Shown here one piece after another: positions 13,201 through 25,601 of a stretch of 64,000 nucleotides of DNA. Both the position numbers and the translations under genes were made by a program. The notes beneath the pieces were generated by a model that was not told where the DNA came from, did no database searches, and worked only from the letters and a program-made list of their open reading frames with translations. Source of the stretch: Enoplolaimus lenunculus (taxonomy: Eukaryota); assembly GCA_030248215.1 (NCBI GenBank), contig JASANG010003910.1, positions 1 through 64,000 of the forward strand, written 5' to 3'. The stretch's first letter is position 1. Each line of letters opens with the position of its first letter.

Positions 13201-16200
13201 CACGGGCGGAATACTATTATAAGTATATTCCTAAGCCTAAGCCTAAGTCTAAGCCTAAGCGTAAGAATGAGCATATTCCTAAGGCTAAGCCTAAGCTTAA
13301 GCCAAACAAAAAAATTAGTTTAAAGCTTAAGCTTACTCTTTTCTAGACCTACAGAAAAACATTACACCCGTTATTTTTACATTAGCCCGAGTTCTGAACG
13401 AGTGATCTGTACGAGTCCTTAAGTCGCGAGTACAGCAAATCAGCGATGCTCTTGTGTGCGCACTGCGCCCACTTTGATTGGCTCGTACTCCATGTTTGAA
13501 GAAATCAACGAGCATTCATGCGTACGCAAAACCGTATTACAATTATTGCATGTATGCAGGCCTGCAGCGAGCTCACCTTGCTAGGAGGACTAAACATTTT
13601 TAAGGAGGGGCATACAAGAAGTTTCAATCACTTTACAAGCAAGTTTGAAAATTTTCTTGGGGGTGCCACAGTTTTTCAGAGGGGGGCTGAGCTCCCTTCT
13701 TGCCTGTGTCTGGCTACCGGCCCGCATGTATGATGGTAAAGACCATTGCTCGTATCTCATTTCAAATTATATGTTTCGTCAAAAATCATGCATTCACAAT
13801 AATTTGCTTCCAATGTTGTGTTCAGTCAAAAATGTATGAGTTCACTTTTACAAGCACGGCCCATGTACAGAACAGGGCCGGATCGTTTTCCGTCGGAGCC
13901 GTAATAGAGTCAGTTTAAGCTTTAGACTAACGTTTTTGCTTAGGCTTAGGCTTAGGCTTAGGCTTCGGCTTAGGCTTAGGCTTCGGCTTAGACTTAGAAA
14001 TAGGCTCATCCTTACGCTTAGGCTTAGGCTTAGGCTTAGGTTTAGGACTATGCTTATACTGCTGTTCCGGCCCGGTTCTAGACACTTGCCGAGTTCACTT
14101 ACAAGCGCATTGACGTATTCGTTCAATTTATCGTCACTGATTTCAATATTTGGCTTTGAATTTGATATCAAATCTGTTAGAAAGCTCTAAAATGCTGTAA
14201 TTTGTAAGAAATGCTTACAATTTATAACAAGAACTTCGAACAATTAAAATATTAGAGCATATCATAAATATGAAATTGCATCGCTACTAAATATAGACAT
14301 TGTTCGATATTAGCAGCGTGCAAGACATGAGTTAAAGGCAAAACAGCGAATCAATATAAATTTATTACAGTCTCATGTTCAATTTATAGAGTAGCCTTGT
14401 ACTTGAAACTAATTTTTGTGCTTAAGCATAGGCTTAGTTTAAGTCGTATCATTACGCTCAGGCTTAAGCTTTGTAGAAATATATTTAAGCAACTATTAAC
14501 CCAAGTAAAATTAACATTGGATCCGCGAGACCTCCGAATAGTATCAAAGTTATACTATGTTTGTTGATTTTCCTGTTGTTGGTTGATCTCAAAATGGTGC
14601 TTTAATCGCGGTGTGGCGATGCCACAACGCACTCGAGTTTCTGTATGGCGTAGCATATCAGTTTGCAAACAATTATTGTTTACTTGCAGACCGGTTCTCG
14701 ATTCGCGCTACAAGTGGCCCTGGACGCCAGTATAAACCTGGTAAAGTTCCCAGCAGCCACAGGTGTTTTGTGTGAACGATTATCGCTTCGTATTTGGTAT
14801 GCTTACTTTGAATTCGTCGGCTTCAATCTCACCGTTCTTGTCTCTGTCGTACTTGTTCCAAATCTAAAAATTTTCAAACATCGCGTCGAAGGTTTGAAAA
14901 TTTGCAAAAAAGCGTTTTGAAAGATGCTGTTTGGAACGCGAAAAGCGTTTAAATTTAAACGTAGCGTTGTTTTGTTTTCAGTACGATTCCTTACTTATTT
15001 TTTTATGAAACTGTTTGTTGAAAAAAGTTTTTCATTGAACGAAGCGAGATGTTTTTGGTTAAAAATAAAGGTTGTCGCATAGTATATACCACGGAATGCT
15101 AAGAGTCTTAATAAGTCCAACAGACACTTTTCAGACTGAAACTTTTTGCTCGTCGTTCCGTAGAACACATTCAGCAACGCTCCAACGGCCAAAAATTGCG
15201 TCATGATTCGTGCTTGACATTTGCTCGCGAGTTCGACAGCAAATTTGTCTCGCTCGACAAACAATTGAAAGCTTCAGTTCAACTAAATTCATTGTAAAAT
15301 TGATTTTTTTTGTTTCGTTTTGAACGGTTTTGGTTAAAAAATATATACCTGCATGAAATCAACACTTGATGTAATTCGATTATCAAGCTGGAATATCAGT
15401 AGAAAATTTTCGTCTGTCGGCAGAATTTGCGCAAGCTAAATTCAAAATTGAAATAATTTAACTTTTGGCCTGCAATAAATAACGGTATTGTTTGGGCCAA
15501 TGTATAAAGAACAAGGGCGGAACAATGTTATAAGCATATTCCTAAGCTTATGTTTAACCATTAGCCTAAGCCTAGGCGTAGGAATGAGGATATCCCTAAG
15601 CCTAAGCATAAGCATAAGCCTAAGCCAAGCAAAAAAATTAGTCTAAAGCTTACTCTGTTCTAGTCCCACAGAAAAACGTTCCGCCCCTGATCTTTACATG
15701 GGGCATTGTTTGTTACAGTTTTTACATACTCCATGCGCAACAGTTGTATGCTTTTGTGTAAACTGAAGCAAGAGGACCACAAGTTTGGAACTTGAAGATT
15801 AGGGCTCATGTAAAGATCAGGGCGAAACATTTACGGTGGGACTGCAACATAGTAAGTTTAAGCTTTAGTCTAATTTTTTGATTAGGCTTAAGTTTTGTCT
15901 TAGGCTTAGGTATAAGTTTATTGAAAAGCTTATGCTCAGGTTTACACTTAGGCTTAGGCTTAGGAGTACGGTAATACTACTGTTGCGGCCCTGTTCTATA
16001 CATTGGTCGAGATTTCTAAGAACTGTTGGCAAACGTCACGGTTTAACAGATTTTTGTACTATTGCTTTATTGACATTTTCCGTATTATTTGGAAGATTTC
16101 AATTTTTTTCCATCTAATATTTCAGTTTTGACGTTTAAGCTATTATATTAGATTGTAATGTACCTATTAAAATGACAATGAGTCTACGATGACCCTTAAA

Positions 16201-19200
16201 CTCTTTTCGCGTACTACAAAATGCACCGTCGGGCGTTGCGTTTTCCTACCACGTCCCTTTGGGGAGGGGTTATTATCACGGAAAATGTGCATAAAGTATC
16301 GATAAGAAATTACAGTTTTGCTTGCATTGGGTTGCGCTATACTTTTGTTGACGTCCGGCGCCGTCGGTCGATGTCCGTCACCCGTACGGCGCCGCGCGTC
16401 ACCGTTCGTCGACGTCCATCACCGTGCGTCATCGTCCGTCACCATACGGTATCGTACATTTACTGCGCCAAACGGGTGACGCACGGTAACGGATGGCGCC
16501 GTACGGATGACTGACAGCGCCGGACGGTAACGACGGCGCCGCACGACGAGTATAGCGCCACCCTTAGAATATAATGAGAGCATTTATCTAGAATGAATAA
16601 CGCAACAGATTTTGTCTAATTATGCAACTTTACCACTTTCCCGCCGGAAATTTGGATGACCAGAAACCGGAACGTGGCTTGAATTTTTTGTTTTATACAA
16701 AGAATGTGTACAGTTACATACTCGGTTCTACGAATATCATCCGCCTTCGATGCAACTGATTAGATTCTGTGGTAGTTTGGTTTAAACCGTTTGTTAGGTT
16801 TTCTGTTAGGTTTTTTAGTAGTTTTCTACGTTTTATAGTATCTTATGGTTATATCTGAGCTCTTCGCATGCCACCCGTTTACTGTCGATTTTGGCATTAA
16901 AAAGTTTCAAAATCAGAAACAGAGTGCAAAGCAAAGATAAGAAATGAGCGGGTTTTTCACCATTTCCACCGGGAAACGTTGAAAAAATTGGCACATGTAA
17001 AGATCAGGGGCGGAACGTTGTTCTATGTGACTGTAATAGAGTAAGCTTAAGCTTTAGATTATTTTTGATTGGCTTAGGCTTAGGCTTAGGCTTAGGTTTA
17101 GGAGTATGATCATTCTTAGGCATTAGGCTTAGGCATAGGCTTAGGTTTAGCAATGTGCTTATAATACTGATCCGCTCCGGTTCTTTACATTGGCCAAAAC
17201 ATTGAAGGAACATTTGAACACAGGTAATTAAGCATTTTTGTTTTTTTCGTAATGACCACTATATACCGTTTAATCGCGTTTTAGGGGACAGAATTTTTGG
17301 GCCAATGTATAGAACAGGGCGAGAACAGTAGTATAAGCATATTCCTAAGCATATGCCTCAGCGCAAGCCTAGGCCAAAGCAAAACAATAGTCTAAACTTA
17401 AGTTAATTCTATTACAGTCCCGCAGGAAAACGTTCCGGCCTTGTTCTATACATGTGCCAATTTGTGTGTTGTTAATAATTTGGCCCATGTTACTTTAAGG
17501 GGCATCCACATTTCTGGTGGGTCTATAAAAGAGTAGGTTTAAGATTCTATATTACATTTTTTGTTTAGGCTTAGGCTTACGAACACGTTTTTGCAACGCT
17601 TAGGTTTAGGCTTAGGCTTAGGAATACGGTTAATCTACTGTTACGCCTCTAAAAGTAACATTGGCCATAATTTTACCTCTCTGATTTCAATTTTACCGTC
17701 TCCATTGTCGTCATACGCGTCCATAAAGTCAATCTTCAGCTCGTTGAACATCGTTTCAGATATCACCTAAATTTGATTTTTACCACTTGAAACGGTACGT
17801 GATTCAATTGTATTTCATTTTATTCCAACTGAAGCTCTTGTTCACAACAAAAATAAACGCTCAAAAACATACACCGACAAATAAGCATCTGAATGGATGG
17901 ATGCTGTATGTTTGCATCATAGGCCTCACAACTGGAAATTTAAAAAAGGACCAAAAAATGTTTTTTGAGGATACAAAGAAAATTATCGCTGATATCAGAA
18001 TTATTAAATATGATAGCAAAATTAAACTTTAGCGTACAATGAATTCAAATTAAACTATGCGGTTGCGAGCGGAAATAAATTCCAATACCTCATCACTGTC
18101 GACATCCGTACAAACGCTTGACACAAATTCTTTCAAAAATGCATCCAGCTCTTCTCCTTCTAAGTAGCCGTTACCTGAACGCCAAAGTATCGTTAGAATT
18201 TTTATATTTCAATATCTGGTTTCGGCTTCGGTCATTTCGATCCTGCTCATGTTACTTTAAGGAGCGTCCAGGTTTCTGGTAGGTCTATAAAAGAGTGGGT
18301 TTAGATTCTAGATTACATTTTTATGCTTAGGCTTAGGCTTAGGCTTAGGAACAAATTTTTGCCACCGTTACACTTAGGCTTAGGCTTAGGAAATCGCTTA
18401 ATCTACTGTTACGCCCCTAAAAGTAACATTGTCCTCGATCCATATACTTGTTTCCTTCCGTTTATAGCATTATATTACACGGCTTTATGATATGTTCGGT
18501 GTCATCCGATAACGTCAGGTTTGGTTCCATCATACCCAAGACGGGGCTGGACGACGCAACACGACAAGAATAGCGCTACTCTTACACTGTTCTTCGCCAT
18601 ATGAATGACGTCCATGCAAGGCTGCGGCCAAACTATCCGAGCCCGCCTTGCCTTTGAGATGCGGCCCTTCTTGTGGGCTCACTATAATCGTGGAAGAAAA
18701 CCCGCCAGCGAAGCGAATGCGAAGCCAAATAAGCGTAAGTAACCCAATGCTTAACGTTAATTTAATCGAAGCCACATAAATTAAATTCTTGAAATTGGAT
18801 TGGCCAAAGCGCCCAGGTGCCCGGGCCCCCTACATTGAGGTAGGGCGAGCAACAGCCACACTGTGTCTATGAAGCGTTCTGTGTGACGTGACAAAAGTTA
18901 AATGAAGTACTTTGTTTGGTTTCTCGGCCCATGTAAAGATCAGGCCGGAACGTTTTTCTGTGGGACAAGAAATGAATAAGCTTAAGCTTTAGACTACTTA
19001 CTTTGCTTGGCTTAGGCTTAGGCTTAGTTTAGATATTTGCTTATAATACTGTACCACCCCTGTTCTTTACATTGGCTGGTTTCTCGAAGGAACGGCACAC
19101 CTTGAGTGACATACTTAATGTTTTTAAAGAGTGCCCCGTTGAGTTGTAATTTTGGTGATTTCATATGAAACTCGTCTGTTGGGGTAATATACTCCAGCCC

Positions 19201-20161
19201 ACGAACAAAAAATCTTATAACGAAAACTTAAATAACACGCTTTTGTAAGCTTTAGGCCATAGGTTTCAAAATTAAATATAAGCCTATAAACTTTTCAGCA
19301 TCCGCGCAATACAGTATGACTTGGGCCCGTGTTCTCAAATGCGTGTTGTAGCATCTATCACCAGTTATGACCAGATTTGTAACTTAAGAATTAGAGAACG
19401 AAATAAATTAACCAGACAACAACATTGTTACAATTTTAGGCCCATGTAAAGATCAGGGGCGGAACGTTTGTCTGTGGGACTAGAAAAGAGTAAGCTTAAG
19501 CTGTAGACTAATTTTTTGCTTGGCTTAGGCTTTGGGTTAGGCTTAGGAATAGGCTCATACTTACCCTTAGGCTTAGGTTTAAGCTTAGGAATATCCTTAT
19601 AATACTGTTCCGCCCTGTTCTTTACATTGGCCCAATTTTAGCATGTTTTGTACAATTTCAAAACCTAATACCAAGAGTGGATGATGTCCACTTGCAGGAG
19701 AGTGTGCAACTGATGCGGTAGTGCATGGCACAAAGTGTAGCAGCACGCGTTGCATTTTTGCTCGACCCCCCTGATTTGGGGGGGGGTATTCACCACTTAA
19801 TCTACATAGTAAACATATAAGTTAAAATATAATCGGAGCGACTTTAGCTAAAATTCAAAATATTGGTTCAACGTTTCCTCCCCCAAATTGGGGGGAGGGT
19901 AGGTTAAAAATACAACGTGCGCTGGGTACATTGTTTTGGGTACAGAATGTACCCAGTTGCGCACTCTTGTGAAAATCATCCACTCTTGCTATTACTAACT
20001 GGTAACAGGCGATATACACAAAGCTGAAAAATACGGTTGTTACCGTTAAGATCATAATGATCCCATATCATTAGCAACTGCGGTGCTGTTATGCTCGATA
20101 TTTGCTGGCTCCCTGTGCGATCTCGAAATTGTCGCATAAAATTAACTGACTTATTGTTCAT
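10300..20161 (-). CDS. Calbindin-32 (Cbp53E)-like six-EF-hand calcium-binding protein
   Basis: Ten exons: 20161-20044, 18174-18089, 17766-17677, 15435-15349, 14863-14807, 14186-14103, 13107-12994, 12291-12235, 11696-11625, 10428-10300. EF loops: DLNGNGYLEGEE, DDNGDGKIEIRE, DRDKNGEIEADE, DTNRDGKLQIDE, DKDENGKIENDE, DIDGDGKISKNE. Family motifs: NFMRQFRD, LAQILPTDENFLL, LLPVKEN. Confidence 0.93.
10505..10941. mobile_element. Tc1/mariner-like MITE (about 440 bp, TA TSD)
   Basis: TA|CTGTAGTCACCCGAATAAGA...TCTTATTCGGGTCACTACAG|TA. Other copies: 27111-27547, about 20390-20833, about 22674-22979; fragments near 5626, 9055, 30810-30930. Confidence 0.8.
13557..13724. mobile_element. hAT-like MITE (CAGGCCCGTAGCC-type termini)
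   Basis: TSD CATGTATG on both sides. Related copies: 28064-28225, 32868-33037, about 11730-11890, about 42393-42561, about 23955-24108. Confidence 0.7.
13858..14090. mobile_element. MITE family A copy with the longest TTAGGC tract
   Basis: Family A termini; runs of TTAGGC at about 13939-14047. It accounts for the spurious RL/LS-repeat ORFs. Confidence 0.8.
15495..15704. mobile_element. MITE family A copy
   Basis: Family A TIRs; TSD ATTGTTTG on both sides. Confidence 0.85.
18926..19077. mobile_element. MITE family A copy
   Basis: Family A TIRs; TSD GGTTTCTC on both sides. Confidence 0.85.
19439..19632. mobile_element. Merlin-like MITE family A with internal TTAGGC tract (type copy)
   Basis: TIRs GGCCCATGTAAAGATCAGGGGCGGAAC / GTTCCGCCC(C)TGTTCTTTACATTGGCC, perfect 8-bp TSD CAATTTTA. 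About 20 further full or partial copies, e.g. near 6948, 7835, 13186, 15802, 16989, 17299, 28427, 37986, 61129. Confidence 0.85.
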
Positions 20162-22847
20162 GCTGTTAACTTTAACTCAACGAAGGAAAATATGCTAAAA
20201 AATAAGCAATATTACTTGAACTGGACTAACAAAATGTTATTTTACGGTTAAGAAGTGAGCTCACTAAAAAGCAGCCACCTGCAATATTGTGCAGAATTCA
20301 AGTTCCGCTTTGAACTAGCTTCGACTAGAAATCGCTGAGTGACGGCTTGGGCTATGACATATTGGCTTGGTATCTAAAATCTTACTTAAGTAGTGACCCG
20401 AATAAAAGGGGGTAATAAGAGGGGGTGTCCCCATTTTGAGTCCCAATCAATAGGAGTCCGTATGCCTAATAAGAGTATGCAAGCGGATAGAGTCTCTAAA
20501 CCTGAATTAGAGTCCACAAATGTCAATTATCCCTAATTGTAGTACATAAATGACTAGAGGCCCAAATATACTTGAGTTCGAAACTTTAAAGCGCACTTAA
20601 GTTTTGAAAGTAACATTCCAAAGTATAACCATGCATTATCGCTCAAGCTTTTGATACAAGCCAAAAAACGTTTAATTCAACGGATAGTTGCAATACCTGA
20701 TATATATCAGTAAGGAAGGGTGGAGGAGGGCTGGTTGAAAATAAATAACAGTCCGTAACCGAATAACAAGGACTGTACCCTCCGCAGAGGCCAAATAAAT
20801 ATCAGTCCCCCAATCGTATTCGGGTCACTACAGTACTGAAGTCTGACAAATTGCTAATTATGAGCCAGAGCCATAACAAGGAGGCGACGAACCAGTGCCA
20901 TAACAAGGAGGCGACAGATTTGCTTTATACTAAGGAGGTTCGATGAATATACAGTCTCAATTTGTGCATGACAAATATATCAGAGTTGTTAGTCTGTAGA
21001 TCAGTAAACTTGGTGAATGAATGAAGTATAAACACTTAAATTAAGTACGCTTTTAGAAACGATAAATTGGTTAAGTAAATGCCTAACAAATACTAAAGTA
21101 CGAAGTCGTACTCAAGTAGGCGTTCAGAAACCCAGCCAATTATTAAGCACCCTACAGTGAATCACTGTTGTTTTACTTTATGTCATCTACCGGTGCTTAA
21201 ATCAGAAACGCAAATACGGAAGCAGTATAAATACTGTGATTTGACTTAGTTGTTTAAACACTCAATTATATGTTAAGATTCTGACGAAAAAACAAAGCGC
21301 ATTTTTTATAAATAGTAACGAACTGTCACCCTTAAATGGGCCCATGTTACTTTAAGGGGCGTCAATGGTTTCTGGTGGCTCTATAACAGAGTAGGTTCAT
21401 CCTCTAGGCTACATTTTTTGCTTAGGCTTATGCTTAGGCTTAGGTATACGCTCAATCTACGGTTACGCCTCTAAAAATAACATTTACCCTTAAATGGATA
21501 ACAAACGCTATCGCAGTTTAGTCTATCCTTGCCAGAAAACGTTGGGCCAGTTCTGACTGAAAAAAACACCAACACCCAAAAAATATATCTCAATGGCGCT
21601 TATAAGTTAATTATTAACGTGTGATCGTTTTGCACGCGTTACAGTTACAACCCGCCTTTAATACTCCATGTAATTGGTTTTCAAAAATGAAAAAATTTGA
21701 ATGACAAAATAGTTTGAACCCAAAGTTTACCAGCAATCTATTTTGAGAGCCAACGCAACAAATCGGCCTGATGGCGCTATTGAATCACGACACGCCGGTG
21801 ACAAATAAAATCACACATGAGGGGTGATAAAAAAATAGAAACGTGTGTCATATTTAGTATTTTTAATACCCATATCTGCAGTAGTAACAATATCATTACC
21901 GGCTGAATATAAACCAAAATCGTACAATGTAACATCTGGACGCATAAAATAAACCGAAACCACAGCAGTTGTGGTTTCAGAAACATGTCAACAGTGGCAG
22001 TTTCAGATATGGTTGAAAAAGAACTCGGAAGCGAAGCGAGCAACGAGTCAAATGCCATTTTAGCGTTAAGTCATAATACGTTGATTTCGTTCCTGCGGCG
22101 GTATGCCTAGCGTGGGATGGTCTCCCCCTTCGGCGTCCGCCAGTGCATATCAATATACTGCAACAGAATCATGTATTCAATAATAAAGCATGCGTTGTTG
22201 CCATCCTTTTGAAATAAACCATATTGTTTGTTCAGCTATAGTCAATGATGACAAATCCTGGAATTTTTGACGGTAAAGGGGGCGCATTATATAATAATGA
22301 CACCTTGCGAGCGAAACGTGCCAGCAACCGAACGCACAACAGATTTAACTGATACTGATATTTACTCTGCTTGAGCAAATTGATACGTTAATTGAGTAAG
22401 GTAGATAGATACATTATTAAATTTTGTCCAAAAATTTTTCGGACGGTGCGCGCGTGGGCCACTTCCACGTCCAAATTCGCCCTTGGTTAGCGATTCGTAT
22501 AATTTTAACAAAATTTGCAAACCAAAACATGACAAAAGTTGTACGAAATGTTCAAAAACAGTCGTTTTACTGGTGCTTAAATGAACGCTACAGTACTCGA
22601 CATTTGTATATATACTCCAGACCACAGGCTTAAGCTGGCCTTAAGCTTATTGATAAGCCTCTAAATCTTTTTACTGTAGTGACCCGGATAAGAGGGTGTC
22701 GGGTAATAAGAGGGGGTCCCCATTTTGAGTCCCAATCAATAGGAGTCCGTATCCGTAATAAGAGTCCGTAAGCGGATAGCGTCCTTAAATTCTAATTTGA
22801 GTCCATGAAGGTCAGTTATTCGCAGTACCGGATATATATTATATATA

Positions 22848-23226
22848 TCAGTAACGAAGGGTGGCGGAGCGTGGGTTAAAAATAAATAACAGTCTGCATC
22901 CGTATAACAAGACAAGGGGGATATCCTCTGGAGAGGCCAAATAAATATCAGCCCCCCACTCTTATTCGAGTTACTACAGCATTAATATCGGATAAAATTT
23001 CGCTTTGGTACAAAATAGTAAATACCAAAAATTATCTTCAGTAACGAAGGGTGGCGGAGCGTGGGTTAAAAATAAATAACAGTCTGCATCCGTATAACAA
23101 GACAAGGGGGATATCCTCTGGAGAGGCCAAATAAATATCAGCCCCCACTCTTATTCGAGTTACTACAGCATTAATATCGGATAAAATTTCGCTTTGGTAC
23201 AAAATAGTAAATACCAAAAATTATCT
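22848..23226. repeat. About 190-bp tandem duplication of a mariner-like MITE end plus flank
   Basis: TCAGTAACGAAGGGTGG... recurs at 22848 and 23038, near identical. Confidence 0.9.
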
Positions 23227-24195
23227 GGCAAATAATTTTTATTCATTCAACCAGTTTATTCGCATTCCATGCTGAAATCCGAGAGTTTGCCCATGAATCA
23301 GTGAAATTTGCATTTTTAGCAAAATATTTTAAATATAAATTCCAGTAGCGCAGCCAGGATTTCAAGTCGAAATGGTATATCGGACTTGAACATCAGTAGG
23401 ATATTTTAAAGTTTGTAAAAAGTGTCTTTTGTGTTAACTCTCTAATCGCTCTCGATCTACACCCTTGTTTGATTTATCACAAGTGACAACGGTACGCTCT
23501 ATAGGAATGTCGCAACTTCGAACTGTATCCCTCCCGTGGATTTCTATTAACGATAACCGGCATTGTTTTTAATTTCAAACGGTTATACATCAGCATAACA
23601 TTTAGGCCTTCCCGTGTTGGTTTTACCAGGCTAAGTGGTCTTTGTTTTATTCAGAGATGTAAAATCTCAAATATTGACTTGTTCAAAATTAGCCTTCCGG
23701 AACACCTAATACAGAAGCAGCAACTCTAATGTGCTTTTTTTCTCTAGTCTTTTGATATCTAAGACTGAATTTTAGGATACCAGCTGTTCAGGAAATGATC
23801 AATCTTAGCGTATGCGTGCGGTTTTCAAGCGTAAATTTAAACTTTGACGCATTTGTAAACAGTCGCTTGCGAGTTGCGCTGTTTAATCTTTACCGACTCA
23901 ACAATCCAACTGGTATAGCACAACACATGAACACTTTGAAGTTTGCGTTAGAACAGTGAGTCTGCAGCCAAAAGGGGGAACAAGGGGTCTCAGCTGGTTT
24001 GAAACAATTATGGCCACCCTAGAAAATTTTCAATCTTGCTTGCAAGTCATTGGAAACCATTGAATGCATTTTTAACCCCTCTAGCAAGATGAGCTGGCTA
24101 CGGGCTTGTAGAACAGATAGGCAAGAATTTTCTGCTGCAAAAGTTGCCATTTGCATGCACATTTGAGCGCAAAAATTAGCTTAAAATTATTACTA

Positions 24196-24420
24196 CTGTT
24201 TGGAGCTATATGCCTATTGGCTGTTTGGAGCTATATGCTGATTGTCTGTTTGGAGCTATATGCTGATTGGCTGTTTGGAGCTATATGCTGATTGGCTGTT
24301 TGGAGCTATATGCTGATTGGCTGTTTGGAGCTATATGCTGATTGGCTGTTTGGAGCTATATGCTGATTGGCTGTTTGGAGCTATATGCTGATTGGCTGTT
24401 TGGAACGATATGCTGATTGG
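24196..24420. repeat. 25-bp minisatellite (CTGTTTGGAGCTATATGCTGATTGG), 9 copies
   Basis: Seen directly. Confidence 0.95.
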
Positions 24421-25408
24421 CAGTTTTGACAGCGTGTAAATATTTTCAACTATTTCGTACATATACCATACAGCGCACCCGTGACCCTCAACAGAGATCA
24501 GAGCCAACATTTTGTAATAAGTTTTTGTGCTAAAATTGCGTTTGGCTACTAGTATGTCAGTATCTCCTGCGACCGTTGCATTCCATAAATTGTGTCATGT
24601 GAAATTTTTGGATCTGCCGCTAAGTGTACGAGTCGAGGAACTTTACAAGCCAAAGTCTGTTGCTACTGCTTTGGGAGTTTCAATGAGTATTTTGTCATTT
24701 GTAACCTTCATCATTGACGATTCTACAGTATATATACTAATTCAGTGAGTTGATCAATTAACTCAGAAAGAGAATTAGTTATTTCTTGTTCGTTCTGAGT
24801 TTAATAGTAAACATTAACTGAGTCTGATCTGAGTCAATTCTATGTGAATTGATTAAGTAATTAACTCAGGTTAAGTTCAGTCAGACCGGAATTGTGAGTT
24901 CTGCAAGACTTAATTTAGGATAAGTGATTCAACTCATTCTGAATTAAAATTAATTCACTGGATGTTTACAGACTTCTTATTTAAAAGTGAATGAAATCAA
25001 CCTTCAATCATTTGAGCCTACAGTGCAAAAAATGGTGAGTCAAATTGACTCGCTCCGAAATAAGCTATACGACACTACACAAATTTCGTCAAATTCGACC
25101 CGCCGGAATCAAACATGCGACTCACTAAGTCAAATTTGACTCTGGCGGAGACGAATTTGACACAGACGCTGTAATCCCGTAGAGCCTATTTCAAACAGAC
25201 TTAATTTGACTCGCCATTTTTTGTAGTGTAACGTTGTAACTCCCTTAACATTTAAATTCTGTTGAAATCTTGATGTTAGCAAAATGTTTACATCACCGTG
25301 TTTACAGTGCACCGCATCTGAAGGCAGTTTCTACTTGAGCCGAGTTGTTTGATCACATTTTATGCGTCCGTGTGCTTTTCTGTACTGATAATCGTTTATA
25401 CAACATTT

Positions 25409-25601
25409 GACCAATGTTAGTTTAAGGGGCGTAACAGTAGATTAAGCGTATTCCTAAGCCTAAGCCTAAGCGTTGCAAAAATATGTTCCTAAGCCTAAGA
25501 CTAAGCCTAAGCCTAAGCCAAGCAAAAAATAGCCTAACGCTTAAGCTTACTCTTTTCTAGTCCCGCACAAAAATGTTCCGTCCCTGATCTTTACATGGGC
25601 C
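25409..25601. mobile_element. Chimeric family B / family A MITE
   Basis: Left arm is family B, right arm is family A, joined within the GCCTAA tract; perfect TSD CAACATTT. Confidence 0.8.

Noticed and set aside
13939..14047. True telomere or chromosome-fusion site
   Set aside because: The tracts are short, degenerate and enclosed by MITE TIRs.
13848..14190. RL/LS/PK dipeptide-repeat ORFs here and elsewhere
   Set aside because: They are read-throughs of TTAGGC tracts inside MITEs; only 14103-14186 is a real exon.
14690..14740. Possible plus-strand microexon nested in the calbindin gene
   Set aside because: It has AG/GT boundaries but no partner exons or recognisable peptide.
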